DNA of 64,000 nt from Vulcanimicrobiota bacterium (lineage in GTDB: Bacteria; Vulcanimicrobiota; Vulcanimicrobiia; Vulcanimicrobiales; Vulcanimicrobiaceae), in the NCBI GenBank assembly GCA_963733295.1, contig CAVTCS010000003.1:2784001-2848000 (forward strand). The letters are read 5' to 3'. Below, piece after piece: positions 20,366-29,295 of this stretch. The notes under the pieces were generated by a model. The model searched no databases. It saw only the letters and a program-made list of their open reading frames with translations, and had not been told where the DNA came from. Each line of letters opens with the position of its first letter. Position 1 is the first letter of the stretch. The position numbers and the translations under genes were made by a program.

Positions 20366-21514
20366 TCAGAACCGCGCGACGCGGCGCAACAAGACCGCAC
20401 CGATCGCGACGAAGATGACGTTGGGCGCCCACGCGCCGAGCGCCGAGACGAAGTAACCGCCCGGCACGCTTCGCACGATCGCGAGACAGAGCGATTCGAT
20501 CACGAAGTACATGAAGACGATCGCGACGGCCAAGCTGAAGCCGCGGCCCGTCCCGCTGCCTTGCGCGGGACGCAGCCCGAACGGCGCCGCCAACAGCACG
20601 AAGACGAAGGACGCGAACGGCCGCGCGAGCTTCTCCTCGAAGGTCGTCTCGAACTGGCGCGTCTGTTGCTGCGAGAGCTGGCCCGAGCCGGCGACCTCGC
20701 GAATTTGCGAAAGGCTCATACTGTCGGGGTCGTCGTCCTTGGTGCGCCCTTCGATTTGGCTGGGCCTTTCTCCGATCTCGACCTGCATCTCGGGATGCTG
20801 CAGGATCAACGTCGAGCCGTCCGGGTTGAAGCGATACTCCGTCGAGTTCGTAAACGTCCACGTTCCGCGGTCGTACTGTCCGCGATCGCTGAAGATGATG
20901 AACACCGGACGCTTGTCGGTGCCGTAGCCGATGATCGTCGTGTACAGCAGACTGCGAGTCGTGTCGTCGTAACCGCGAAAATAGGTCATTTGCTGACCGC
21001 CGTTCGGTAACGGCGTCAACACCGCGTGGTTCGAGCCGCCGAAGAAGCCGACGCGCTGGATCGTTTCGTCGCGCAGCGCGATCGCGCGGTCGTTGGCGAA
21101 CGCGACGACCGTCTCTTGAAGGAAAAGCGAGAGCAACGAGACGGCGAAGCCGACGACCAGGAGCGGCGCGACGATGCGCGTCAACCCGATGCCGCCCGCC
21201 TTCATCGCGCTGATCTCGCTTTCGCTCGAGAGCCTTTGCAGCGCCAGCAGCGTCGCGAGCAGCATCGCCATCGGCACGACCGTCACGGCGATTTGCGGCA
21301 GCTGCCAGAGAAAGAACTCGAGCGCGGCGAGCAGCGGAGCGTGCTGGTCGGCGACGAGTCTTCCGATCGCCAAGATGTCGGTCGCCGCGAAGATCAGCGC
21401 GAAGGCCGAAATGCCGAACGCGAACGGTCCGCCGAGTTCGCTCACCATGTAGCGGTCGAGGATCGCGATACCGGCCGCGGGGCCGCGCCGTGACGGCGCG
21501 CCCGGCAGGCTCAT
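20366..21514 (-). CDS. LPS export ABC permease, LptF/LptG family
   Basis: ILDRYM, LSSESEISAMKAGGIG, 3+3 TM layout with periplasmic beta domain, AWAPN. Confidence 0.9.
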   Translation of the reverse strand: MSLPGAPSRRGPAAGIAILDRYMVSELGGPFAFGISAFALIFAATDILAIGRLVADQHAPLLAALEFFLWQLPQIAVTVVPMAMLLATLLALQRLSSESEISAMKAGGIGLTRIVAPLLVVGFAVSLLSLFLQETVVAFANDRAIALRDETIQRVGFFGGSNHAVLTPLPNGGQQMTYFRGYDDTTRSLLYTTIIGYGTDKRPVFIIFSDRGQYDRGTWTFTNSTEYRFNPDGSTLILQHPEMQVEIGERPSQIEGRTKDDDPDSMSLSQIREVAGSGQLSQQQTRQFETTFEEKLARPFASFVFVLLAAPFGLRPAQGSGTGRGFSLAVAIVFMYFVIESLCLAIVRSVPGGYFVSALGAWAPNVIFVAIGAVLLRRVARF

Positions 21515-22263
21515 AGCCGAAAACCTTCGCCGAGGTAGAACTGTCGCGCCGCGGGCGAACTCAAGACTTCTTGCGCGCTGCCCGAGACGACGATCTGTCC
21601 GTCGCTCAAGATGTAGGCGCGGTCGACGATCGCGAGCGTTTCGCGAACCTGGTGATCGGTGATCAAGACGCCGATGCCGCGCTCGCGCAGCTGACGGATC
21701 ATCAACTGTATGTCGGCGACCGCGATGGGGTCGATGCCGGTGAAGGGTTCGTCGAGCAGCAGAAAGGCCGGATCGGTCGCGATCGCTCGCGCGATCTCGA
21801 CGCGGCGCCGCTCGCCGCCCGAGAGCGAATCGCCGCGCGCGTCGACGAAGCGCGAGAGCCCGAATTCCTCGAGCAGGTCGGGCAGGCGGCGCTCTTGTTC
21901 TTCGCGCGAGATGCCGTTCATCTCCCAGATGAGCCGGATATTGTCGCCGACCGAAAGCTTGCGGAAGATCGAGTTCTCTTGCGCGAGGTAACCGATGCCG
22001 GCGCGCGCGCGCTGATACATCGGGGCCGAGGTGACGTCGAGCGCGACGCCGTCGCGCACCAGCGAGACGCTGCCGCCGTCGGGCTTGACGAGGCCGACGA
22101 CCATGTAGAACGTCGTCGTCTTGCCCGCGCCGTTAGGTCCGAGCAAGCCGACGACCTCGCCCGTCTCGACGACCGCGCTCACCGAGTCGACGACGGCGCG
22201 CGAGCCGTAGCGCTTGACGAGTTGCGAAAGCTCGATGCGGTTGAGGCCGCCCGCTTGCGTCAC
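21511..22263 (-). CDS. lptB: LPS export ABC ATPase
   Basis: GPNGAGKTTTFYM, LSGGERRRVEIARA, DEPFTGIDP, terminal YLGEGFRL. Confidence 0.95.
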   Translation of the reverse strand: MTQAGGLNRIELSQLVKRYGSRAVVDSVSAVVETGEVVGLLGPNGAGKTTTFYMVVGLVKPDGGSVSLVRDGVALDVTSAPMYQRARAGIGYLAQENSIFRKLSVGDNIRLIWEMNGISREEQERRLPDLLEEFGLSRFVDARGDSLSGGERRRVEIARAIATDPAFLLLDEPFTGIDPIAVADIQLMIRQLRERGIGVLITDHQVRETLAIVDRAYILSDGQIVVSGSAQEVLSSPAARQFYLGEGFRL

Positions 22264-22832
22264 GGCTGCCCCGCTGCGCCCGTCATCACGAGCTTCGAAA
22301 GCCGCACGTCCGCATCGAGCCGCTGGCCGCGCAACTGCTCGCCCAGAGGCGAGGTCAGCACGACGTGGCCTTCACCCAAAAGGCGTCCGGTCGCGTCGTT
22401 GTAGTGCAAGGTATCGCAGGTCAATGTTTTTCCGTCCGAGGTGCGCGCGCGCACGCCGCCGGTCATGACGACCGTCTTGTCGCGCTCGAAGACCGTTCCC
22501 GCCGGCGCATCGGCCGTCAGCGTACGTCCGGGCGCGTCGTAGAAGATCACGTGCGGGTTCGTGAAGTCGCTGCGTCCGGTATTCTCACCGAAATACTCCG
22601 CGCGCTGCTCGTCGGCCCGCAACACGTAGACTCGGCGGCTCCCTTTTTGCTCGGTGACGTAGATGTACTGCGAGCCGACGCGGCGGGAGTGGAGGTCCAG
22701 CGGCGTTGCCGGCGCTCCCGGCGGGAGTGAAGGGCTGGGGCTGCCCTGCGGCGCGCTCGGCGCGGGCGGCCGGCCGCATGCCGCCAGAGCGACGAGCGCG
22801 ACGAGGCTCGCCCGGCGCGCGAGCAGTCTCAC
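22260..22832 (-). CDS. lptC: LptC-like beta-jellyroll lipoprotein
   Basis: Lipobox LAAC; jellyroll strands (LTADAPAG, LTCDTLHYN); directly upstream of lptB. Confidence 0.7.
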   Translation of the reverse strand: MRLLARRASLVALVALAACGRPPAPSAPQGSPSPSLPPGAPATPLDLHSRRVGSQYIYVTEQKGSRRVYVLRADEQRAEYFGENTGRSDFTNPHVIFYDAPGRTLTADAPAGTVFERDKTVVMTGGVRARTSDGKTLTCDTLHYNDATGRLLGEGHVVLTSPLGEQLRGQRLDADVRLSKLVMTGAAGQP

Positions 22833-24064
22833 GCTTCGCCCAGGCCGTCACGCGCGGCCGCCAAGCCGAGCGCGGTGAACGGGATCCAGACGAAGGTCAT
22901 CGCGACGACGCCGATCGTATCGAACGCGCCTTGAACGAGCACCGCCACGAAGCCCGCGCACACGCCGAGTGCGAAACGGCGCGCCGCCGGCGTCGCCGAG
23001 ACCAGCTCGCGCCGCACCGCGCGCGCATACCAATACCAGCCGAGCAGCGCCGCGAGCACTCCGCTTAGCCCCGTCTCGGCGGCCAGAGAGATGTAGAGAT
23101 CGTGCGGGTGAAGCGCCCCGAACGAGCCCGGCGGATCGCCGTTGGGAGCGCGCACCGCCGGGTACACCCGCCAGTACGCCATCGGGCCGGCTCCGGTCAG
23201 CGGAAATAATTCCGTCACCCGAACTCCGGCGCTCCAGGTGCGCAGCCGGCTCGTCGCTTCGGCCGGATTGTGGTGCCCGGTAACCGGACTGATTGCAAAG
23301 AGCGCCATTCCCAAGATGCCCGCTGCCAGAATGCCGAGCGCCACGCGGCGCGCGCCCAACGCATAACTAAAGAAGAGCCCGGCCACAACGACCCCGAGCC
23401 AGCCCGCCGCCGAAAACGTCAAAGCCAGCGCCGCCCCGCCGGCGGCGAGTGCGGCCCAAGCCAACCTTCGAAGGAAGGGGCTGCGGGTGGCAAGCGCCGT
23501 CCCGAGCGAGATGCAGACGAACATGATCAGAAAGGCCGCGAACTGGTTGGCCGTGACGAAAAAGCCGGCTGCCCGGCCATGATTGAGCACCCAGAGCGGT
23601 AACGGACGGCGCAGCACGAGCATTGCGATGCCGGCGAGCGAGGCCCCGAGGCCGCTCCAGAGGTAGACCCGCAGGAGCAGCGCGGCTACCGGCGGCCGCG
23701 CATAATAGCGCACGAGGGCCAAGTGGAAGGCGGCACCGAGCAGCATCGTCGCCACGACCTCGAAACCGGAGAGCGGGTCGAGACCCAAGAGCGCGCTGAG
23801 CGCGCAAGCGCCGATCCAGACGGCGAGAATTCCGCGCGACGGCGATGCCGGCGGACCGGCCGCGAACAAGCTCGCCGCCGCGATCAGCGCGCAGAGCACC
23901 AGCAGTGCGATCAAGAGACCGGCCGAGAGCGGCGAGGTAAAAAGGTAGCCGACCGGCGGCGTCGGTGAAAGCGGTGCGAGCGACGTATAAAACTGAACGA
24001 TCGCGAAGAACGCAGCCAGCGCGACCGCCAGCAACGAAACGGGAACCAAACCGGCGCGCGTCAC
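22829..24064 (-). CDS. O-antigen ligase/polymerase family membrane protein
   Basis: Multiple TM helices, RAAGFF..NQFAAF, RLRTW...FPLTGAG, HPHDLY. Confidence 0.8.
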   Translation of the reverse strand: MTRAGLVPVSLLAVALAAFFAIVQFYTSLAPLSPTPPVGYLFTSPLSAGLLIALLVLCALIAAASLFAAGPPASPSRGILAVWIGACALSALLGLDPLSGFEVVATMLLGAAFHLALVRYYARPPVAALLLRVYLWSGLGASLAGIAMLVLRRPLPLWVLNHGRAAGFFVTANQFAAFLIMFVCISLGTALATRSPFLRRLAWAALAAGGAALALTFSAAGWLGVVVAGLFFSYALGARRVALGILAAGILGMALFAISPVTGHHNPAEATSRLRTWSAGVRVTELFPLTGAGPMAYWRVYPAVRAPNGDPPGSFGALHPHDLYISLAAETGLSGVLAALLGWYWYARAVRRELVSATPAARRFALGVCAGFVAVLVQGAFDTIGVVAMTFVWIPFTALGLAAARDGLGEA

Positions 24065-25203
24065 GCCGCCAAGTCGAGAATCGCCCGCGCGATCGCGCGC
24101 GAACCGCCGGGCGGCCCCATGCGCCGGCGTCCCGCTGCGCTCATCACCGCGAGCCGGCCCGGATCGTCGAGCAAGGCGTCGATCTGCGCGGCGGCGGCGA
24201 CCGGATCGGCGGGCACGAGCAGCAACGCCTCGCCCAGTAGGCGGCGCTGCCGCATGCGATACCAACCGCGCGAGTCGTTCCGGCCCTCCCCGCGCAGAGC
24301 GACGATCGGAACGCCGGCCGCGGCGGCTTCTTCGTTCGCAGTTCCGGCTTGACCGATGGCGAGCCGCGAGCCGCGCAAAAGCGGTCCGAGCGGCCCGCGC
24401 CAAGCCACGATCGTGCTTCGTCCGGCCCGCGCGCGCAGTGCGCCGCCCTCCGCCGAGGACAGTTCCCAACCGTCACCGGCAAGGCTCCGTGCGAAGCGCG
24501 CCGGATCGAGAACCGGCGCGATCGAGAGCAGCGCGGCAACCTCCGACGAGCGCCGTTCTCCCAGCGCGCGCACGAGACGAGCCAAACGCAAACCGTCGGC
24601 GTAGGCGGGTTCGCGGCTTCCGGGCAAGAGGGCGATCCACTCTCCCGCGGGCGGCTCAGCGCCGCCGTCGAGCAAATCGACGATCACGTTGCCGGGCGCT
24701 TCGGCTGCGACTCCGTGGCGCAGTAAGTCGGCGGCGGTCGCGAGGTCGCGGACGAAAACGCGTGCCGCGCGCCGCAAGACCACGCGCTCGCCGGCGCCGT
24801 ACGGCGCAACGTACACGCTCTTCGCGGTTCCGACGAACACCGGTGCGCGGCCCGCGAGCAGCGTCAAGCCGAGACCGTAGACGTCGCCGACCGCGATCGT
24901 ACCGTCGTAACGCGAACCTTCGCGCCGCAAGAACGCCGTCTGCTCGGCGAAGAGGCGCACGAAGCCCGCCCTCAAGTCGCTCGCGAACGCCCGCACGTTG
25001 CCCATCGCGATGAGTCCTCCGCTCGGCAGCGTGCGCCGCGGACCGACGGCGGCCAGGCGGCCGCCGGATTCGGCACCCACGCCGACGAGCGGAAAGTGAT
25101 CGAGTCCGACCACATCGCCGGCGAGTTCGCCGACGTCTTCCGCCAAGCGCGCTGCGACGGCAGCTTCACCGTGACCGTTGGTCACGAACAAAAAGCGCCG
25201 CAT
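24061..25203 (-). CDS. LpxB-related GT-B protein (lipid-A-disaccharide synthase-related, TIGR03492-like)
   Basis: FVTNGHGE, LPSGG, VGDVY, FVGTAKS, FVRD, LLPGSR, AGTANEE. Confidence 0.8.
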   Translation of the reverse strand: MRRFLFVTNGHGEAAVAARLAEDVGELAGDVVGLDHFPLVGVGAESGGRLAAVGPRRTLPSGGLIAMGNVRAFASDLRAGFVRLFAEQTAFLRREGSRYDGTIAVGDVYGLGLTLLAGRAPVFVGTAKSVYVAPYGAGERVVLRRAARVFVRDLATAADLLRHGVAAEAPGNVIVDLLDGGAEPPAGEWIALLPGSREPAYADGLRLARLVRALGERRSSEVAALLSIAPVLDPARFARSLAGDGWELSSAEGGALRARAGRSTIVAWRGPLGPLLRGSRLAIGQAGTANEEAAAAGVPIVALRGEGRNDSRGWYRMRQRRLLGEALLLVPADPVAAAAQIDALLDDPGRLAVMSAAGRRRMGPPGGSRAIARAILDLAA

Positions 25204-25205
25204 GG

Positions 25206-25946
25206 TTACGCAGTCGCCAGCAACGGCAGCAACGCGAAGTCCTCGATCGCGCTGCGTCCATCGGATTCGCGGCGCAATACGGTCCGCGACACGTACGCGC
25301 CGAACGGTCCCGCGTGGACGATCGGGACGCGCCCGACGTACACCGGCGTCGCCAAGCGGTCGTGACTGTGGCCGCCCAAAATCAAGTCGAGCCGCGGGAC
25401 CGCTTCGGCCAGCACGCGATCGGCCGCGAGCCCGAGATGCGAGAGCGCGACGAGCGTAATGCCGGGCGGCGTTTCCGCGGCGATTTGCCGCGCGACCTCG
25501 AGCGGGTCGAGAAAGCGCCAACCGAAGATCCGCTCCCACGGACTGCCGCCCGGGTACTGCACGACGAGCAACCCGAAGACGCGCACGTTCCAAGCTTCGC
25601 CCTCGACGCGCCGTTCGAAATCGAGCTCGCGCTCGAAGGGCAGCGGCCGGCCGCGCAAGTCGATGAGGTTCGAGCAGACGAGCCGATGTCGCATGCGCCG
25701 CGCGCGCGCTTCCAGCAGACGAAAGAGGTAGTGAAATTCGCGATTGCCGATCGCTTGCGCGTCGTAACGCGCGGCCGCGAGCTCGTCGACGATCGGTTCG
25801 CGGCCGTAGTACACCGTTTGACTTCCACGCAGCGAATCGCCGCAATCGAAGAGCAGGCCGGGGGCCGAAGCGCGGAGCGAACTCAGCCTCGCCGAGATGC
25901 CGCGGCGGTCGTGCAGATCGGAGGTGTGATAGATGCGCAGGCTCAC
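25206..25946 (-). CDS. calcineurin-like metallophosphoesterase (5'-nucleotidase N-domain only)
   Basis: HTSDLH, DCGD, GNREF, LSHLG, GGHSH; no signal peptide; GTG start overlaps the lpxB stop. Confidence 0.85.
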   Translation of the reverse strand: MSLRIYHTSDLHDRRGISARLSSLRASAPGLLFDCGDSLRGSQTVYYGREPIVDELAAARYDAQAIGNREFHYLFRLLEARARRMRHRLVCSNLIDLRGRPLPFERELDFERRVEGEAWNVRVFGLLVVQYPGGSPWERIFGWRFLDPLEVARQIAAETPPGITLVALSHLGLAADRVLAEAVPRLDLILGGHSHDRLATPVYVGRVPIVHAGPFGAYVSRTVLRRESDGRSAIEDFALLPLLATA

Positions 25947-27058
25947 GCGCTTCGCGCGAGTCCTACGGCGAACTCGGCACAGCGCGCCAGCGCGTCGGGC
26001 GGACCGAGCATTTCGCGCAGTTTCCGCGACGCCGCGAGTTGTGCCGACGGATCGCGCAAGAGCGGCTCTAGAGCGGCGGCCAAACCTGCGGGCGTCGCGT
26101 CGTCTTGCAACACTTCGGGGATCGCCGCGCTTCCCAGCAGCAAGTTCGGCAAAGTCACGAACGGCAGGCGGCGCAACAGGCGGCGCGCGTACGCGATTTG
26201 CGTGCGGCCGACGACGTAGAGTCCGACGGTGGGAACTTCGAGAAGCGCGGCTTCGAGCACCGCCGTGCCTGAAGCGACGAACGCCGCGTCGGCCGCCTCG
26301 AGCGCGGCGCGCGCACCGCGCACGATCGTAACCTCGCCCGCCGAACCGTCCTCCGCGAGCGCGGCGGCGATCCAGCGCTCGGCTTCGTCGTGCGCGGCCG
26401 CGACGATCAACGCGAGCTGCGGCCGATCCGTCCGCAGCAACCTGCACGCGCCGAGCAAAGGTGTCATGTGCTGCAGGATTTCCGCCTCGCGGCTGCCCGG
26501 CAGCAGCGCGACGGTGCCGCCGAGCTCGGGTGCGCGCGGACGCGCCGCGCGCGGCTGGACGAGCGAGGCCAAAGGGTGACCGAACCAGGCGATCGAGAGA
26601 CCGAGCGAGCGATAGAAATCGCGCTGATGCGTAAACGCGGTGAGCGGTGCGCTGGTGCGCGCCACCTCGCGCGCCCGGACGGCGTTGTCGAGCCAAGCTC
26701 CGGGCGGAAAGTAGTAGAGGATCGGACCGCGGTATCCCAACGTGCGTAATGCTTTCGCGAGACGCAGATTGAACGCCCCGAAATCGACCAGAACGATCAA
26801 GTCGAAGGGCCGCCGCGTCAGCCACAGCACGTGGCGTCCCGCGCTGACGAACAGCGGCGGAATGCGCGCCAGCGCTTCCACCGGGCCGAGGCTCGCCCAA
26901 CCGGTGGTGCGCTTGCTCAACCGAAAGCCGGCGGCCGCCATGCGCTCGCCGCCGATTCCGCACAGTTCGATTCCCGGCTCGAGCCCGCGCATCGCTTTCC
27001 CGAGCTCGGCCGCGAGGAAGTCGCCCGACGGTTCTCCGGTCGACATGAAAACGCGCAT
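25943..27058 (-). CDS. lpxB: lipid-A-disaccharide synthase
   Basis: STGEPSGD, VDFGAFNLRLA, FGHPL, LLPGSREAEI, ASGTAVLEAA, LPNLL. Confidence 0.93.
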   Translation of the reverse strand: MRVFMSTGEPSGDFLAAELGKAMRGLEPGIELCGIGGERMAAAGFRLSKRTTGWASLGPVEALARIPPLFVSAGRHVLWLTRRPFDLIVLVDFGAFNLRLAKALRTLGYRGPILYYFPPGAWLDNAVRAREVARTSAPLTAFTHQRDFYRSLGLSIAWFGHPLASLVQPRAARPRAPELGGTVALLPGSREAEILQHMTPLLGACRLLRTDRPQLALIVAAAHDEAERWIAAALAEDGSAGEVTIVRGARAALEAADAAFVASGTAVLEAALLEVPTVGLYVVGRTQIAYARRLLRRLPFVTLPNLLLGSAAIPEVLQDDATPAGLAAALEPLLRDPSAQLAASRKLREMLGPPDALARCAEFAVGLARSA

Positions 27059-27123
27059 GCCGGACCTAGTGGCCTGACACGAAGCGAGTCAGGTGCGCGG
27101 AAGAAAGCGCTTCGCGGAGCGTG

Positions 27124-27891
27124 TCACTTGAGGATGCCGCGGTCGGACTCCGTTTCGACGAAGGCGATGAAGCGGCGCCCCTCGTCCGATTTGACCATCT
27201 CGCGCATCGTTTCGATCGCCTGCGTGAGGTTTCGGCCGGAACGGTACATGATCTTGTAACACTCCTTGAGTTCGGCGATGACCTCGGGCGAAAAGTCGGC
27301 CCGGCGCAGACCGACCGTGTTGAGTCCGTAGGTTTGGGCGGGATTCCCCGATACCAGCAAGTACGGCGGAACGTCGCGGCTGACCGCGGTGACGCCGCCG
27401 ATCATGGCATGCGCGCCGATCCGCACGAACTGATGGACTCCGGTCAAGCCGCCGACCGTCGCGTGATCTTCGATGACGACGTGACCGGCGAGTTGTGCGG
27501 TGCTCGACATCGTCACGTCGTTGCCGACGCGGCAATTGTGCGCGACGTGAACGTAGGCCAGCAGCAACGAGTCGTCGCCGACCGAAGTGACCTCGCCCGC
27601 ACCCGTTGCGCGATGGATCGAAACGTATTCGCGCAGCGTCGTGCGATGGCCGATCTTCACGTACGAGGGTTCTCCGTGGTATTTGCGATCTTGCGAGGGC
27701 AGGCCGATCGAGCAGAACGGATACGCGACGCTGTCTTCGCCGATCGTCGTGTCGCCGTTGACGACGACGTGCGAGAGCAGCTTCGTGCGCGCGCCGATCG
27801 AAACACCGTCGCCGACCACGCAGAAGGGGCCGACCTCGGCCCCCTCACCGATGCGAGCCCGCGGATGTACGACCGCGGTGGGGTGGATCAC
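27124..27891 (-). CDS. lpxA: UDP-N-acetylglucosamine O-acyltransferase
   Basis: IHPTAVV, hexapeptide repeats, SQDRKY, YVHVAHNC, VHQFVRIG. Confidence 0.95.
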   Translation of the reverse strand: MIHPTAVVHPRARIGEGAEVGPFCVVGDGVSIGARTKLLSHVVVNGDTTIGEDSVAYPFCSIGLPSQDRKYHGEPSYVKIGHRTTLREYVSIHRATGAGEVTSVGDDSLLLAYVHVAHNCRVGNDVTMSSTAQLAGHVVIEDHATVGGLTGVHQFVRIGAHAMIGGVTAVSRDVPPYLLVSGNPAQTYGLNTVGLRRADFSPEVIAELKECYKIMYRSGRNLTQAIETMREMVKSDEGRRFIAFVETESDRGILK

Positions 27892-27898
27892 GCGTCCC

Positions 27899-28396
27899 TC
27901 ATGCGTTCAATATCGAGGCATCCAGGTCGTAGTTCGCGACCGCAGAGATCGAGAACATGATCTCGGTCGTACACGCTAATTTGCCGTCGACCTTCGCCTC
28001 GGCGCGAACCCAGCCCGCGCCCGAACGCCTGCGCAGCAACGTGGCCTCCATGTCCAGCCGGTCGCCCGGAACGACGGGCCGCCGGAACTTCGCCTTGTCG
28101 ATTCCGGTGAGGACCGCCATCCGTCGCCGGAAATCGTCCGGGCCCAAGATGATCGTGCCGCCGAGCTGCGCGAGCGCCTCGATCATCATCACGCCCGGCA
28201 TCAGCGGGAATCCCGGAAAGTGTCCTTGGAAAAACTGCTCGTTCATCGTGAGGTTCTTGAAACCCGCCGCGAACTTCAAGCGCTCGTACGAGGTGATGCG
28301 ATCGATCAACAGCATCGGGTAGCGGTGCGGCAACACGGCCATCAACTGGACGATGTCCATCGTCTCGTGCTCGCGCGGTTCGCCGTTCATACTCAT
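27899..28396 (-). CDS. fabZ: 3-hydroxyacyl-ACP dehydratase
   Basis: LPHRYPMLLIDRI, FFQGHFP, PGVMMIEALAQ. Start could be 28396, 28390 or 28360. Confidence 0.93.
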   Translation of the reverse strand: MSMNGEPREHETMDIVQLMAVLPHRYPMLLIDRITSYERLKFAAGFKNLTMNEQFFQGHFPGFPLMPGVMMIEALAQLGGTIILGPDDFRRRMAVLTGIDKAKFRRPVVPGDRLDMEATLLRRRSGAGWVRAEAKVDGKLACTTEIMFSISAVANYDLDASILNA

Positions 28397-28455
28397 ACTC
28401 GCATTCCGTTTAGTGAGAGCCCTCGCCGCTCGGCTCGCGGGCCGCGCAAGGCGCG

Positions 28456-29295
28456 CTAAGCTCCGAACGCCGCGCGCGGCGGGGCGTAGGTTGCGCGCAA
28501 CGCTTGAGCGGCTTGCGCGTGAAGGCGGTGACCGCTCTTGAAAGCCATGACTTGGCATTGCGGCCATGCGCCGAGCAACGCGAAGTCGCCGATCAAATCG
28601 AGCGCTTTGTGGCGTACGACTTCGTTGGGCCAGCGCAGGGGCGTCAGCGGACCGTCGGGTGCGAAAACGAGCGCGTTGTCGAGGGTTCCGCCGCGCGCGA
28701 GTCCGGCCGCGACGAGCGCCTCGACGTCGCGCAGGTAACCGAACGTGCGAGCCGGCGCGATCTCGCGGATGAAGCTGTCGGGTTCGACCACGAGATCGAG
28801 GACTTGCGAGCCGATCGGCGGCGGGAAGTCGACCGCGAAGGTTACCCGAAACTCGTCGGCGGGAAGCACCGCCAGCGTCGCTTCGCCGTCGCGGAAAAAT
28901 TGCGGCGCGTCGACGACGAGCAGCGGGCGCGCCGCGTGCTGATCGACGCATCCGACTTTGGCGATCGCCTCGGCGAAGGCCGCGGCGCTTCCGTCGAGGA
29001 CCGGAATCTCCGGGCCGTCGACGTCGATCGCGGCGTTGTCGACGCCCATCGCGCTGAGCGCGGAGAGCAGGTGCTCGACCGTGGAGACGCGTCCGGCGCC
29101 CGAACCGAGAACGGTCGCGCGGCGCGTCTCGACCACGAAATCGGCGTGCGCGGGAAACGTCACGCCGCCGGCGAGCCGGAAGCGCAGTCCGGTGCCGGCC
29201 GGTTGCGGGCGGAGCGTCAGCCGCACAGCCGCACCGGTGTGCAAACCGATTCCCTCGAATTCCAGCACGTCGCGCAGCGTGTGCTGATGCTGCAT
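28456..29295 (-). CDS. lpxC: UDP-3-O-acyl-N-acetylglucosamine deacetylase
   Basis: GIGLHTG, TVEHLLSA, EIPVLDGSA, IAPARTFG, HKALDLIGD. Confidence 0.95.
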   Translation of the reverse strand: MQHQHTLRDVLEFEGIGLHTGAAVRLTLRPQPAGTGLRFRLAGGVTFPAHADFVVETRRATVLGSGAGRVSTVEHLLSALSAMGVDNAAIDVDGPEIPVLDGSAAAFAEAIAKVGCVDQHAARPLLVVDAPQFFRDGEATLAVLPADEFRVTFAVDFPPPIGSQVLDLVVEPDSFIREIAPARTFGYLRDVEALVAAGLARGGTLDNALVFAPDGPLTPLRWPNEVVRHKALDLIGDFALLGAWPQCQVMAFKSGHRLHAQAAQALRATYAPPRAAFGA

